The position numbers and the translations under genes were made by a program. Below are positions 26,425 through 39,997 of a DNA stretch of 64,000 nucleotides, piece after piece. The notes under the pieces were generated by a model, which saw nothing but the letters and a program-made list of their open reading frames with translations, was not told the DNA's origin and made no database searches. The DNA is from Trichosphaerium sp. ATCC 40318 (lineage: Eukaryota; Protista; Tubulinea): NCBI GenBank assembly GCA_038496445.1, contig JALMLS010000450.1, forward strand, positions 124,001-188,000. The letters are read 5' to 3'. How positions within the stretch are numbered: position 1 is the first letter of the stretch; each line of letters starts with the position of its first letter.

Positions 26425-27490
26425 TTACAATAATGTACATAGATTGAGTATTTTGGCTTTACTTTTTTTACCTGAATCTTGGAACTCTTGTCTAACTAAT
26501 CGGCATTTACGGACGCATTCAAGGAAGATTGGGTCCACATTTGTACGATCCTTTGCACTAGATTCAAAAAAAAGAGCACCTACAGCAGAAATTGTTAAGT
26601 TACTATTTCTATCATTAAGCCAAAAACGTACCTAGTTTACGTGCAAAGTCCACACCTTCCTGCTTTGCTACTTGCCTTTGATGCTTTAAATCGCATTTAT
26701 TTCCAACAACTATAATCGGTAGTATACATGTACCCTGAAAACAACAAGGTTAGAGGGCGAACAACGACAAAATAAGACGAGAATTAGATTTTAATTCTCT
26801 TATCCACGTACGTCTTTCTTTGACGCTGTTTCTACATCCCGTACGCGTAATACGAGCTCCTTGAGACCTTTGAGCTTCTCAAAAGATGAAGTAGAGGTAA
26901 TAGAATACATAAAGACGAAACCCTCCCCAGCCATCACGTAGTGCTCTCTCATACATGAGTAATCCTCCATACCAGCTAATTACACTCAGATACAAATACA
27001 ACCGAATTCCCAAAAAAGTTGAAAAAAAATGCAAAAAAAGGTTGTACCTGTATCTATGATCTCTAATCTGGCTACTACGTTATCTACATTTATAGACTTT
27101 GAATAAGAGTCCTCTATCGTCGGGTCTAATCATCATATGAGCAATTCGTATAACGTGTGGCGTTAAAAATGACGAATTTTGAACACTGAAACTTGCGTAA
27201 TTACGCTTTTGGCGCTTTGTAGTTCTGTTTGCGTGCAATTTGACGAGAGCAGAATTACAATACGTACCATAGTACTCAATAAAGTGGTCGTTGGTAAACC
27301 GTATAGTCATGGAGCTCTTACTATGATATATTAGTACACATATTGTGAGTAAACAAGTCACACAAATTAAATAAAGTTTAATTGCACGAGAGTATTTTTT
27401 ACGCTATCGTTGTTAGTACCCGACGCCTGCAGAGCCAAGAACTACTATTTTGAATATGCCTGTGTTTTCGGATCCTGCTGAAACGCTCAT
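26425..27490 (-). CDS. Ras-family small GTPase, six exons
   Basis: Spliced: FKIVVLGSAGVGKSSMTIRF...YDPTIEDSY...IIDTAGMEDY...VGNKCDL...ESSAK...CTLL*. Confidence 0.92.
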
Positions 27491-27937
27491 TGTGTTCAAT
27501 CTTTTGTGGGTTCGCGAAAACTGGTGTTATACAGAAATATGGGTTGTATGTAAATTAGTGAGTTGTGGTACAGGAGTACGTGTGCAACTGGCGAAATATT
27601 AGGTGATGTTATATTATTTACTGTTAGATAGCTTATACAAGCAGTAGCAATTGCGACAATCTTATAGTATAAAGCGCTTTTAGATAACAAGATATTCCGT
27701 ACTTGTGTTAGGTGAGACCTGCGCGTTCTCGACAACAGATACTTTTAGGGTAGCTTTGGGTGTTTTTCTGCAACTTGGCTTATTTTTGAAGTTCGCTTAA
27801 TCTTTGGCTTGCTCTGTGTCGTTTTTTTACTGCGGTGTAGTGTTCTCGAAAAGAATAAACCTCACACAGTTGTTCCACAGATTTTCCTTGATAGTCTCAC
27901 GAAATCTAACACTTTTTACTAATACATATCAATAAAC

Positions 27938-29201
27938 ATGGCTGAGTACGTGAATGCGATAATTCCGTCCTAACGCGGCCGTTTTAATTTAATTATACAC
28001 GCGCTTGTTACTAACGCGTAATAGACCTGCAAAGAAGTTAAACTGGGGCGACGTTGATGCCGAAGACAACCTACAAGGTACTATAACGCTTTTGGTAGCG
28101 ACGCATCGAAAAGACATCTCACATGACTCTAGAAGAGCCTGGTCTCAAGAAGGTAGTAACCTATGGCGTTAATGACCTTGGACAAAAGACAAAAATTACA
28201 AAAACGATCAAAATAATAAGAGAAACTGTAAGAGTAAACAAAAACGTTGAAAGGCGTAAGGTAAGAACGAGAAATGGAAAAACAGAATTTTCAAGCGCAA
28301 CCAAAAAACTGACTAGTAGTGTAGAAGCTACGCAAATTCGGTTCTTGCGCTGAAGCCGGACCTGGTTTAGAACCTGGTGTAACCACAAAGGGTAAAGACG
28401 TTGCGTTTGTACCAATGACACCTGAAGAGGTATGAGACGCTTGTAAAATACCTGAGACGGTATTATACTAACTTGTATGCGTAGCGTTTGGTTCACCAAG
28501 AGAACCTCGAATTTCTCAAAAAACAACTCATCAACCCAAATGATCTTCGTATTTTCCGCGATACTTTCAGAAGAAGTTACGCTAGAAAGAGTACGCCGTT
28601 TGTTTTTATATCTGAGATTGTAGATAATGTCAATCAAATGGGAGACTCCTGACACCTTAATAGACGCTCCAGGTGCCAAACAAGGTATTCCTGAGCCTCA
28701 AGATGACCGTGATGTCCGAAACAACACTGGTGTTTACCAGATTGTTCGCAATCGTCCAGGCGCTAGATTCGATGCTAGAGGTAATACAGAAAAGTTATTT
28801 TTTTGCTGAATGTTAACTGTTCGCGTAGATGACTCAAACCCAGCCCTACGTGTTACAAATCTTTCAGACGATGTTGATGAGACTGTCTTACGTAACTTGT
28901 TTGGTCGTTTTGGTCGTATCAGCCGTATCTATGTTGCAAAAGATCGTGACACTGGCGAGCCAAGAGGATTCGGTTTTGTCAATTTTGTATCAAAAAGAGG
29001 TATTTAAATAATTTGTCTGTTAATGTCCGTTTACCTTGTTTGTAGATGCTGAGAACGCAATGGAAAACCTACAAGGATTTGGTTTGCACCATCTTATCCT
29101 CAATATCGACTGGGCAAAGTACGTAATGCAACCACTTTTAGTTGAACAGTTTTTATCGGTTTTTTTGTTAACCTTTTTTGTCTAGGCCAAGGAAAGAGTA
29201 A
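27938..29201 (+). CDS. EIF3G: Eukaryotic translation initiation factor 3 subunit G
   Basis: Spliced MAEPAKKLNWGD, KNVERRKKLRKFG, RRM ALRVTNLSDDVDE...YVAKDRDTGEPRGFGFVNF, HLILNIDWAKP. Confidence 0.93.
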
Positions 29202-29458
29202 AGGAGTTATTACAGTCATGTGGCAACGTAATTTGTACATTAAAGCACTGGTTGTTAAATGATTGCTGCGTTTTTTTGAGGTTTCATTTTTTGTGTACAA
29301 CAATAGTTTTGGAAAGACTCGTATGTCCCAAATTGCATAATTTGGGCGTTGAAGCCTACAATGAGTTACTTAATAAAAGTCAAACTTCGTCTTCACTAAT
29401 TTTCAACAAAAGAAATTCGTAAGCAACAACTACTTATACATTGCTTTTCATACATAAA

Positions 29459-32385
29459 ATGGCGAATGCAAAGAGAGAAAATATAGAGCAGCTGTACGGC
29501 ATCTTTGGTAACAAAGATCTTTCCAAGTCTGTTATTAGCCACGTATACGACGCAAACAATGGTACCATAGTTAAACCAATGTTTTTTATGTAAAACCGAA
29601 ATTACAGCTGAAATTCACTAATTGCGGTTTACTCATACTCAATGATAGGGAAATTCGACGACGCTGTAGATGCGCTTCTTAACATGACAAACGATGCAAC
29701 TGGTCACGAGAAATCAATTGTTTTACCAAACGAGCCACCTTCACAACCGAAACCTCGTCCAGGTGCTGCTACAGGACCAATTGATCGTAACAAAAAAGCT
29801 GAAAATGTTAAACAGCTACAAAGCTGGTTTAATGATCTAACAGTATCTGGTACGCCTAAGTATAATACTAGCCAAACGTTCATTTCGCAAGTTTTTAAGT
29901 GTTCCACAAATTTGTAGTCAAGTTTTGTGTTTGTGTTCTTCCATTCTTCGTTTGCTGACACCGTTGATCAGTTATTTCGACAGTTTATGATCAAAATAAA
30001 GGAGACGTACAAGAAACCGTTGAAACGCTTCTAAATGTATGTAACGATGAAGAAGCCGTCGAACAGATCCGAACATACAACAAGGAACAAAAGAAAAAAC
30101 TAGAGGAGGATATGCAGCAAGAAGCACAAAAGCGTGCAGCCGAGCAGCAACTCCGTCTAAAACAAGAACAGGAGGAACTCGCTAGAAAATTAAAACTAGA
30201 ACAAGAAAAGGCCAGAAAAGAATACGAAGAGTACCAGCGCCTACAAAAAGAAAAACAAGAGCTATTACAGAAGGAACGAGAAAGGTATGTTGTTTTTTTT
30301 CCGAATTTTTTTATTTCGGTTAAAACCTTCAAAATTCTAAGTTCCTTACTTCTAGACAACTTGAGATGGAGAAACAAAGAGCAGAAATTAGAGAGCGCGA
30401 GGAAAAGGAAAAGAAAATGAGAATAATAATGGAGCAACGTATGGCTGCTACTCAAGAAGAACGCAAGCGTATTGGTACAACTCAGAGATTTAGTTCTTTT
30501 AATTTTTTGACCTTTACGTGTAGAGGAGGATCGTGTAAAGCGAGAGACTGAGGCTCAAGACAAACAGCGTCACCATCAACAGTTCATTAAAGACCTTGTA
30601 GCCATGAAGCAACAGGTGCGATTTTCTTTGAAAATATTTACTACGCGGTACTAATGTTTACTGGCGTTAATAGAGAGCTACTCTGGAAAAGAAACTTGAA
30701 GAACAAGAACGTGAATTATTGCTTCATAAAGAAAAACTTGAAGAGCAAAACAAGGAAGTCCGACAAAAGGAGACTATGATTGTTAATCTTAAGAAGCAAG
30801 AGGATATTTGCACTTTATCCGCAAGATACTCTACAAAAACTGTTGTTGTATCATGGAAGTTGTTGAAGCTCAAATCAACCAAAGGAGACTGGATTGGTAC
30901 GTCAATATAGAATTTCTTTAGCGCGTAGTGGTAGACTATTTTTTTGTAGACTCTTCAAAATACTCGCTTTGTGGTAGTCTTCTTGTTAGGTTATTAAGTA
31001 ACGCTCTTTTAGGATTCTTCGAGAAAGACCAACCAAATACTAAATACATCAGATACATCAAAACGCACGCTGAACCTCAAGGAAATAACGTGTTTGAGGC
31101 ACCAAAAACACCTGGATTGTATGAGTTCCGTTTCTTCCAGAATGGTAGCTACAACGATGTTGTAAGAAGTCCTGCAATACATATTGGCCCACAAGTATCT
31201 CTGAAGGCTGAATTAGCTGAAAACAACCTTGTGAACTGTACCTGGACACTTGAGAGCGGCTCATTGTCTCCAAAGGCCGGTATTGGATTCTTCCCAATAT
31301 CTAGTCCATCTTCCAAACCAATCAGTTTGAATGTGCTCAACGTTCTCTCAAACACTGCTACATTCACCGTACGTAATAAAAGACAACAATCAACGGAAAT
31401 GCTAAGTAATTTGTAGGTACCAGCTCCAAGGAAACCTGGTGAATATGAGTTTAGGTTCTTGCCTAACAGCGGTGGTTACAGAGCCACAGCACGCAGTAAT
31501 TCAATTGAAATTGTCAATAAGGACAAACTTAACATGGAGATTGTTAAGGCAGATAATGGGTAAGTCAACACTTTTTATAATTTGTTTTTTATCTTTGTTG
31601 TTGTTCGGTTAATAACCAAATACTAGTACATTCAAGCACATCAAATTGACATGGAAGGTGCACAGTGTAGATGTTTCAAAATCGGACTGGATTGCTTTGT
31701 ACAAGCCTGGAGCTACGAACAATGATTACATTACCTACCAGTGGGTTGATAAAGTCAATAACTTGGTATGTCATTGGTTTTGAGTGTACTTTAAGACTAA
31801 TGTTTTACAACAGGTTGAATTCCCTATCCCATCTCTACCTGGTCACTATCAATTGCGTTATCATTCTAGATACCAATCCAAGTTGATGGATATTGCACGT
31901 ACACCAGTATTCCAAATTGAAGGTACGCTTTTTTTTTCTGGAAGAAAGTTTTGTTTTTCAACTCGAAACTCGTTTGTACGTTTATTGACGTATTATTTAG
32001 ATCAAAATAGTGTAACTGCACGTGTTGAAGGCAATAAAATAAAGGTTACTTGGAACATCTCAACAACACCAGTTTCGTCCTCTGACTGGGTATGTTTTGC
32101 AAAACTTTTTCTTGTTTCCATTCTTGTTTTTTTCTTATTGCTTTTTTACTTTTTTGATTGTTTGGTTTTTTGTAAGTGCTTATTATTCTTTTATAGATTG
32201 CTTTATATAAAGAAGGTGTTGTTGATAACAAGTCTTATATATCGACATCTTATGTAGATATGAAGAAAAACTACGTATTGCTTTCAAAACCAAAGACAGG
32301 CGGCACTTTTATTGTACGCTACTTCTCATATGCTGTTGGTAGTTGGTATCAGCATATTACACAAGGAGAGCCACTAGTTTTGTAA
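29459..32385 (+). CDS. 2x CUE-like + coiled-coil + 4x SKICH-like domain protein
   Basis: VISHVYDANNGKFDDAVDALLNM and VISTVYDQNKGDVQETVETLLNV; E/K/Q-rich coil about 30050-30800; four modules with V.W...DWI(G/A)...PG.YEFR(F/Y) pattern. Confidence 0.8.
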
Positions 32386-32548
32386 AATGTCTTCGGATAA
32401 TCACTGTTATTAAATACAACTTCAAAAACCTTTTTCTTTCTCCTTGTTCACGTGTTTTTTTATTTTTCACTTTTTTTGCTACACGTTTTCTTGAACTGCA
32501 GAATAAGTCATGCTGTCTTCGAAACAACAACGTTTACCTGTCGCTGAG

Positions 32549-33454
32549 TTATACAAGCGATACATAAGATAAACTATCAATTTCTTGGAGCTCCATTATA
32601 TTGCCCATGTCTTCAGATTCATCGACTATGTTGTATTTGTCGTTATTGTTTACTTGATGTATCATACGCGTGGCATACTTATTCGCTATTTGTTCCTTTA
32701 TTACGCATGTAATAAATACATAGATACCTGATCAATAGTAAGGAAGCATCACCAAAATATAAGAAATGGAATTAAACAAAGCGCACCATCTAAAGCTATA
32801 CCTACAACAACAGCTTAGTAATATCAAATTTCTAAAAAATTATCTACATACCTAATCCGAGAGCATGGGTGCTATTCCATTGTTTCCTGCTAGCAACAAG
32901 CAGAAAAACCTTCACGCAAACGGCTGTATTAACTTTAGTTTAAATTTTTTCATGTTCATTACCTGCAATAGTACTAAAGGAGGCAATCCACATTACAAAC
33001 CAACACGCTCTTACTGTTGATCTTATCTTTTTAAGCTCAGATTTCAAAAAACCATCTATGTCATAGCAAACCCGCTCAAGTGCGTTTTTTCTGATTTTGT
33101 CAATATTCCAAAAATTATAAAGACCATGAACACCAATGACAGAACTAACAACAAATAAAGGCCATAGAATGTCTTTGTATAACTCAATTGTAAAGAAAGT
33201 GATAAGACCAAGAATCGATACTGCCATACACATAGCACACAGTAAACGTAAAAAAGACACGTCACGTGATTAATTACTTGAAAACCCGGGCAAACTTTTT
33301 AATCTTGGTTGTTCGTACGTATTGTAGCAAAGCATATGTTAGCCATAATTTGACGTTTCTCTATTTTGTAGTACCACTCTATCGATTGATAAAGGCTAAA
33401 GTCTTCTGTATTATCACGCAGGAGATTGTATGGCGATTTTGCATCCCTTTCCAT
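32549..33454 (-). CDS. Hypothetical multi-pass membrane protein, paralogue 1
   Basis: MERDAKSPYNLL...WYYKIEKRQIMANICF; homologous exon-by-exon to 55860-56936. Confidence 0.75.
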
Positions 33455-33888
33455 GCTAAGGTAATTGTCTTCTTAAAAAAACAAGAGCGTTTGTGGAAAG
33501 GGAAACTGTATGGGGTCAAGACTCTAAGGCATGCTATACTTTCTAAGCTCACGGGAAATCACTTGAAGACTGGCTTAATTACGTAATCAATTAAGCTAGT
33601 GCTAAATACGTTCAACGATAACTTTCTCTAAAACGCAATTTTTGAAGAGTTTAGAGCGATATCCTGTTTCTTGTAGCAGTAAAGTATTTCGCGATGTTAT
33701 TCACTATCATATTGGATACGATAGTATCATGTTGCGATCTAGTTCTTCTTGTTCTCTTATTTCTGAATTGGAAATAAAATTGTGGCTCTTTTAGTCAATC
33801 AATTCGACTTAGGTTTATACTAGTAGGCAAAAAGTAGAGAGAATGCAATGAGTATATATTACGTATGTATCGAGGTTATGTTAAGCGG

Positions 33889-35604
33889 TTATATGACGAA
33901 GGATCTCTTCTTGTGGAATGTAAGAAAGTAAATCAAACTTGCAGTTAGAACCACAATAATAACAATAGCAGCTACAGCAATACCAGTAATAGCTCCATTT
34001 CTTAGACCGCTATCAGTACATCCACCATTAACTGACCATACAACAGAAAGCTGTGTTCGTGTTTCTATTCTTGACAAGTCGGTACATTCGTCTTCAACAT
34101 CGGTAGTCACCTCAACGACTGATACATCACAATTTGGTGGAATTGTAAGGAGTGTATGAACAGATTCAGAGACTTCTGTGACAACGATATTGAGACTGTC
34201 ATTGAAAGTTGGACACTTTTGAAATGTGAGTGTTGCCACTGGAGAAACAAGCAAAGTTACAGTCTCTTTCACATTTACATTCCCTAGAGGATTTATTTTG
34301 AATTATTAAAGTGCCACTAAACTGTCAAAATGTGATTTTTACCTTGAAAAATAACTGATGTCTCAATACGAAAGTTCATTGCTGACTCAATCACAATATC
34401 CTCATTCACAACCCAGACGCCTTCAGTATTGTTACACTCGGCTCCTGGAAGCTTGTCGCCATTGCATACTATTTTATAATGTTACATTAGTGTCTTATCT
34501 ACTGTGTACCTTGCGTTGTAGGTACTTCTGGTGTTGGAGCATCTGTCGGCACTTCAGGTGGAGGCGATGGAACACATTTTCCGTTTATTCCTCAACAAAT
34601 AGTCAAGAGAAGTGTTGGTAACCCAGTCTCACCTGCATTAAATATCTCTTGCATTTGTGTTTGACTAAGTGCAACACCGTCATAAAAAGTTACCTAGCGA
34701 CATGTTGAATAGTAATAAAGCCATTCAACAATACCTCATCAATAGTACCATTCACCTCTGTTATCTGAACCAATAAAGACCGGTGTGCTGCTATTTGCAA
34801 TAATTCGACTAGCGCCAGATTGTACACTGTACCCAACGCCATCTGTACATAAGATTAAGCGTTTACCGAAACAATAAAGTTGTGAACATACCCAAGTATC
34901 CAAAGTATTCTCCTGTACTGGTGCTATTGTTCCTACAAAGTTCTATGAGTTATTTACAGTTAAATAAACGAAAGAAAATACCAATCAAATGTCACCCACG
35001 TGATTCTAGGAGTTTGTTGTTAACTTCCTAGCTATAATAACACCAACTGGAGGGTTATCATCTTATCAGAGTGTAAGTGAAGGTTTTGTCATTTGATCTT
35101 TTTTTGCTACTTACAAAAAACAACATTAAAAAACAATTCATTTTCGACACGGAGCAGTATATAGAAGCCTACTTTATCAGATTCATGATGGATAATGTAC
35201 TTTTGGGTCCCTATGGATGCTACAGATATCCACATCTCAACGGAGAAACTTTCTGTGAGGTGTGTTGGCGTTTTGAGCTGATTACAATTTCAATACCTTG
35301 ATTGGGTAAATACATCGCTATTCTCCGCTACAATTGACGCGTTACCTCCCAACTGTAGCCCCTTACCAACGTAACCCTAATTGAGTTGTTTTAGGATGAT
35401 CTTTTAGAAAACGTGTCGTACTTCTACTTGAGAAAAGTCAGCGCCAGGAATCCTGAAATGGTACCATTGCGTGAATTGACAGTGTCAAATGTATTATTTA
35501 CAATTGACTCAAATCTCCACCAACTCGAAAAACTTGGGTCTGGAGATACACACTCCGTTGATACTAGCAATACATAGCATAGCGAAAAAGAGTAAATTAG
35601 ACAT
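33889..35604 (-). pseudogene. LamG/ConA-like type I membrane protein, copy 1 (frameshifted)
   Basis: Homologous to copies 2 and 3 but with exonic deletions of 1 nt (about 35452), 2 nt (about 34994) and 11 nt (about 34752). Confidence 0.7.
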
Positions 35605-36115
35605 TTAACTCTAATCACGTGTTCGAAAGCAAGTTTTTTTGAATTTTGTTAAGCAACAAAACAAAATTGTAGTCAGTGCATCATTTGAAGTATCACAGCA
35701 GATCTCTCATCACCACGGGGTAATTATTGCTCTACGTGATAGCATGTTACGACTGCCAGTGTTATTGACATTAGAAATGTATGTTGCCTAAAAAGGGAAA
35801 ATCTAGAAGTTTGGAAATCTGGAAGAAATCTGGAAATGTGATCAGGTTTTCCACATTTCCTTAATTTGTTGTGTGCCTCGCTGTATTGCCTTATAACACA
35901 TTAGCAAGTACTACAAAAAAAGTAAAACAGGTACACAACCAAGTCTACTTTCGACTCGTTTTGTAACATTGTATATCCGTTCACACACTTAGCTAATTAA
36001 TACAGGTTCCCTTTGTGTGACAGCAAAATCAAACAATACCACATATGTTCTAGAGGAGGATTTATTACGTCATAATGTTCATCTTCACCAAGTTGAGGTG
36101 GATTTTTAAGTAGAT

Positions 36116-37922
36116 TTAAATGACGAAGGATCTCTTATTGTGGAATGTAAGAAAGTAAATCAAACTTGCAGTTAGAACCACAATAATAACAACAGCAGCT
36201 ACAGCAATACCAGCAATAGCGCCATTGCTTAGACTGCTATCATTACATCCATCATTAACTGACCATACAACAGAAAGCTGTGTTCGTGTTTCTATTCTCG
36301 AAAAGTCATTACATTCGCCATCAACATCAATTGTCAAAGTTGTTTGCTCAATGACTGATACATCACAATTTGGTGGAATTGTAAGGAGTGTATGAACAGA
36401 TTCAGAGACTTCTGTGACAACGATATTGAGACTGTCATTGAACGTTGGACACTTTTGAAATGTGAGTGTTGCCATTGAAGAAATAAGGAATGTTATTGTC
36501 TCTCCCACATTTACGTTCCCTAGATTTATTGATTAATAAATAGTCGCAACACAATCAAACATGTGATTTTTACCTTGAAAAATAACTGATGTCTCAATAC
36601 GAAAGTTCATTGCTGACTCAATCACAATATCCTCATTCACAACGCAAACGTCATCAACTTGGCTACACTCAGCTCCTGGAAGCTTGTCGCCATTACATAC
36701 TATTTTAATAACATCAAAACAGTGTCATAGTTTATCCGTGTACCTTGCGTTGTAGGAACTTCTGGTGTTGGGGCTGGCACACATTAGAACGCTTCTAGCC
36801 TTTTTAAGCCACGTACCTTGCGTTGTAGGTACTTCTGGTATTGGAGCATCTGTAGGTACTTCAGATGGAGGCGATGGAACACATTTTCCGTTTATTCCTC
36901 AACAAATAGTCAAGAGAAGTGTTGGTAACCCAGTCTCACCTGCATTAAATATCTCTTGCATTTGTGTTTGACTAAGTGCAACACCGTCATAAAAAGTGAC
37001 CTAAAGGAGCCTAATAAATAGTAATAAAGACATTCAACAATACCTCATCAATGGTACCATTAAAGCCTCGGTCACCTCTGTTACTTGAACCAACATAGAC
37101 CAGTGCGCTACTAGTAAGCCGACTTGCGCCAGATGTTACCCTGTGCCCAACGCCATCTGTACATAAGGTTCAGCGTTTACCGAAAAATAAAGTTGTGAAC
37201 ATACCCAAGTACCCAAAGCATTCTCCTGTACTGGTGCTGTTGTCCCTACAAAGTTCTATGAGTTGTTTACAGTTAAATAAACGAAGAAAATACCAATCAA
37301 ATGTCACGCCCACGTGCATCCAAGTGCTTGTATTTACTATCGTACGTAACAAAATACCAATTCCGGCTGAATTATCTTAGTAGAGTATAAGCGAAGGTTT
37401 TGTCATTTTGATCTTTTTGGATTACGCACTAAAAAAAGTAGTAAATCCTAGTTCATTTCCACTGAGGTCTATAAGGAAGCCTAAATCATCAGATTCGTGA
37501 TGAATAATATTCTGTGGTTTCCCTAAGGATGCTACAGATATCCACATCTCAACGGAGAAACTTTCTGTGAGGTGTGTTGGTATTTTGAGCTGATTACAAT
37601 TTCAATACCTTTATTTGGGGTAAATATGCCGTCGTTCTCCGTTACAATTGGCGCGTTACCTCCCAAACGTAATCCTTTACCAACACGGCCCTAAATCGAG
37701 TTGTTTTAGGTTAATCTTTAAGAAAACGTGTCGTACTTCTACTTGAGAAAAGTCAGCGCCTGGAACCCCCGTAATGTTACCAATGCGTGAATTGACAGTG
37801 TCAAATGTATTATTTACAATCGACTCAAACCTCCACCAACTCGAAATACTTGGGTCTGGCGATACACACACTGCGTTGACACTAGCAATACAAAGCGTAG
37901 CGAAAAAGAGTAATTTATGCAT
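36116..37922 (-). CDS. LamG/ConA-like type I membrane protein, copy 2
   Basis: Signal peptide; ISSWWRFE, GRVGKGLRLGG, FSVEMWI, TWMHVGVTFD, FNGTIDEVTFY; P/T linker; TM GAIAGIAVAAVVIIVVL; short tail. Confidence 0.85.
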
Positions 37923-38606
37923 TTGAACTTTAATCACGTGATTGGAATACACGTTTTAAAGAAATGTGTTAAGCTTGTTTACGAAAAAAAAAGTTCTCGC
38001 CACGCGGGGAATTGTTGCTCCGCGTGATAGCATGTCACAACTGCCAGTTGACTTAGTAATTTTTGCTTCGAAAAATCAACTATGTGTATAACTTACTAGT
38101 GCTACGCTAGCGCTTACCCCACGCTAACAAAAGCGCTCTCGCACCATACAAACACCAAGGCAGGTGTAATAAGGTTAAAACCACCCCAAAACACTACCAA
38201 TGTTGCTGCAGGCTTTGTAAATGCCGCCAGTGTTAAATAAGTAAATAAAAATTTTGGTGTGGGTTATCACGTGGTTTGAAATGGTTGGATTCTCCGACAG
38301 GGGCAGATCACTTCTAAAAGTGGGATTTACAAGGTCTGTCAGACGTGTCAAATCCGTCAGATCTAACAGAGCGGGCAGAAACAGGATTTTTTGTTAACGT
38401 CAGTCTGGCCGAAAATTTGAATGAGAGATAATATTTTGATAAATCCAAGCTATTTCGCTGTATCACGCAAGCGAGTAAAGTACCCTGGTGTTGCCAACAA
38501 AAAAAATATGTAACTTTTTGAAATTGTACAAAAGGATGCAAAGGTGTGTGAGTGAAGGGGAGACATTGATGTTGTCTCTTTTGTGACGTTTATTTACGCA
38601 TTGGAA

Positions 38607-39997
38607 TCATACTTGGTTCCAGAAAGATCCAAAGCACAAAGGATCATTACGACATTCTGGAGTATTCAAGCAAAATACAGCACATTCTCTATTGACACAG
38701 TTTGATGCGAATATGCAAGGGTTGCTCTGTGCAAGTCGGAAACATCTACGTTGACCTCTGCAAGGTACAGTCACTGGTGCTGGGAGTACATTGATTGATG
38801 ATAATGTTGGAGGATCACAGAAAGCAGAGGTGCCTTGTCTAATAAAAAAGGAGTAAGAAGAGTGCAAAGAGGTTGCTACAGTAAAGTACATACGCAGAAG
38901 ATCCTTCATTTGAAAGAATTGGAGAAGCTCCTGAAGCTGTTGTGACCGATGCAGCAATATCATTGGCTTGACCTGCACCTGTGAGGTCGATTGTGATGCT
39001 ACATGAAGCTTGTTGATTTTCAGCCAAAGTGGCATCAAACTGAAGTTCTCCATTTGATACACTTGATGATGTTGTGCCAGAACAAGACAATGACGAAGCA
39101 TCAAGAGAACCAATAGAGCTATCGAATCCAAATGAACCTGATATCATCTCAGTTGAAGCCATTGGAATCCTTTGATAGTTCTCACAAGTGATATCAACAC
39201 TGATCGAATCACCGACTCTTAAGTCGTCAGAACCAATTGGATTGATTGTATGCCTAAACACCAATTAGTTTGACTGTAAAATGACATAAAATAATGATGT
39301 GATTACCAGCAAGAGACAGGCGGTTGACAACAAGCGTATTTGACATGAGCATCAACACTTTGGACATCAGAGCCCAATACGTATTCAACACGATCAACTG
39401 AGTCCAAATCATCGATATTGCTTCCGTAAGGTAAACACACATCCACAGGTGTAGATATTCCTTGAGCGATATTGAAACTGAGTTGAGTGTTGATTGAGGT
39501 TACTGAATTGCGTAAAATGGCAGATACAGTTGTCTGACTATCAGCGCCAACCATGCGAAAGTTGTAGCAGCCTAATATCAAGAAAAAACAAGAATCAGAA
39601 CACATATTTCAAGCGATTTAAAGTGATTGTGACCACACGTACTGCATCCATTCTTCGTCAAGTCTAATGGAGGGCTGATACCGGTGAGTGCCAATCCAGA
39701 GTATACAGAAGAACAAGAACCGACAACAGAGACATCATTGGATAGCCGAAAGCCAAGACCATCAGCGATCTGACATTCTGTAATCAATGCGTTTATTGGT
39801 GCTCCTGATACTCTGTTTGCAGTTAGATCTCTACGACCACCTGCAATTGAGCCATCAAGAGTAGTATCGGTGACTACAGGTGATGAATCGGTTGCAAAAG
39901 TTGTTGCGAAGGCAGTGAAGGGATCAACTTGAGATGCATTGAGAGATACAAGAAACAGTCCAATAAAGAGAAGTACGAGTTGTTGTGTTGTGTACAT
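38607..39997 (-). CDS. Secreted beta-rich protein with Cys-rich C-terminus, copy 1 (four exons)
   Basis: Signal peptide MYTTQQLVLLFIGLFLVSLNA; ORFs 39578-39997, 39303-39605 and 38839-39264 plus last exon ending GSFWNQV*. Confidence 0.85.

Noticed and set aside
27938-32385. U12-type introns
   Set aside because: Donors examined are GTA/GTG U2-type; no RTATCCTT consensus seen
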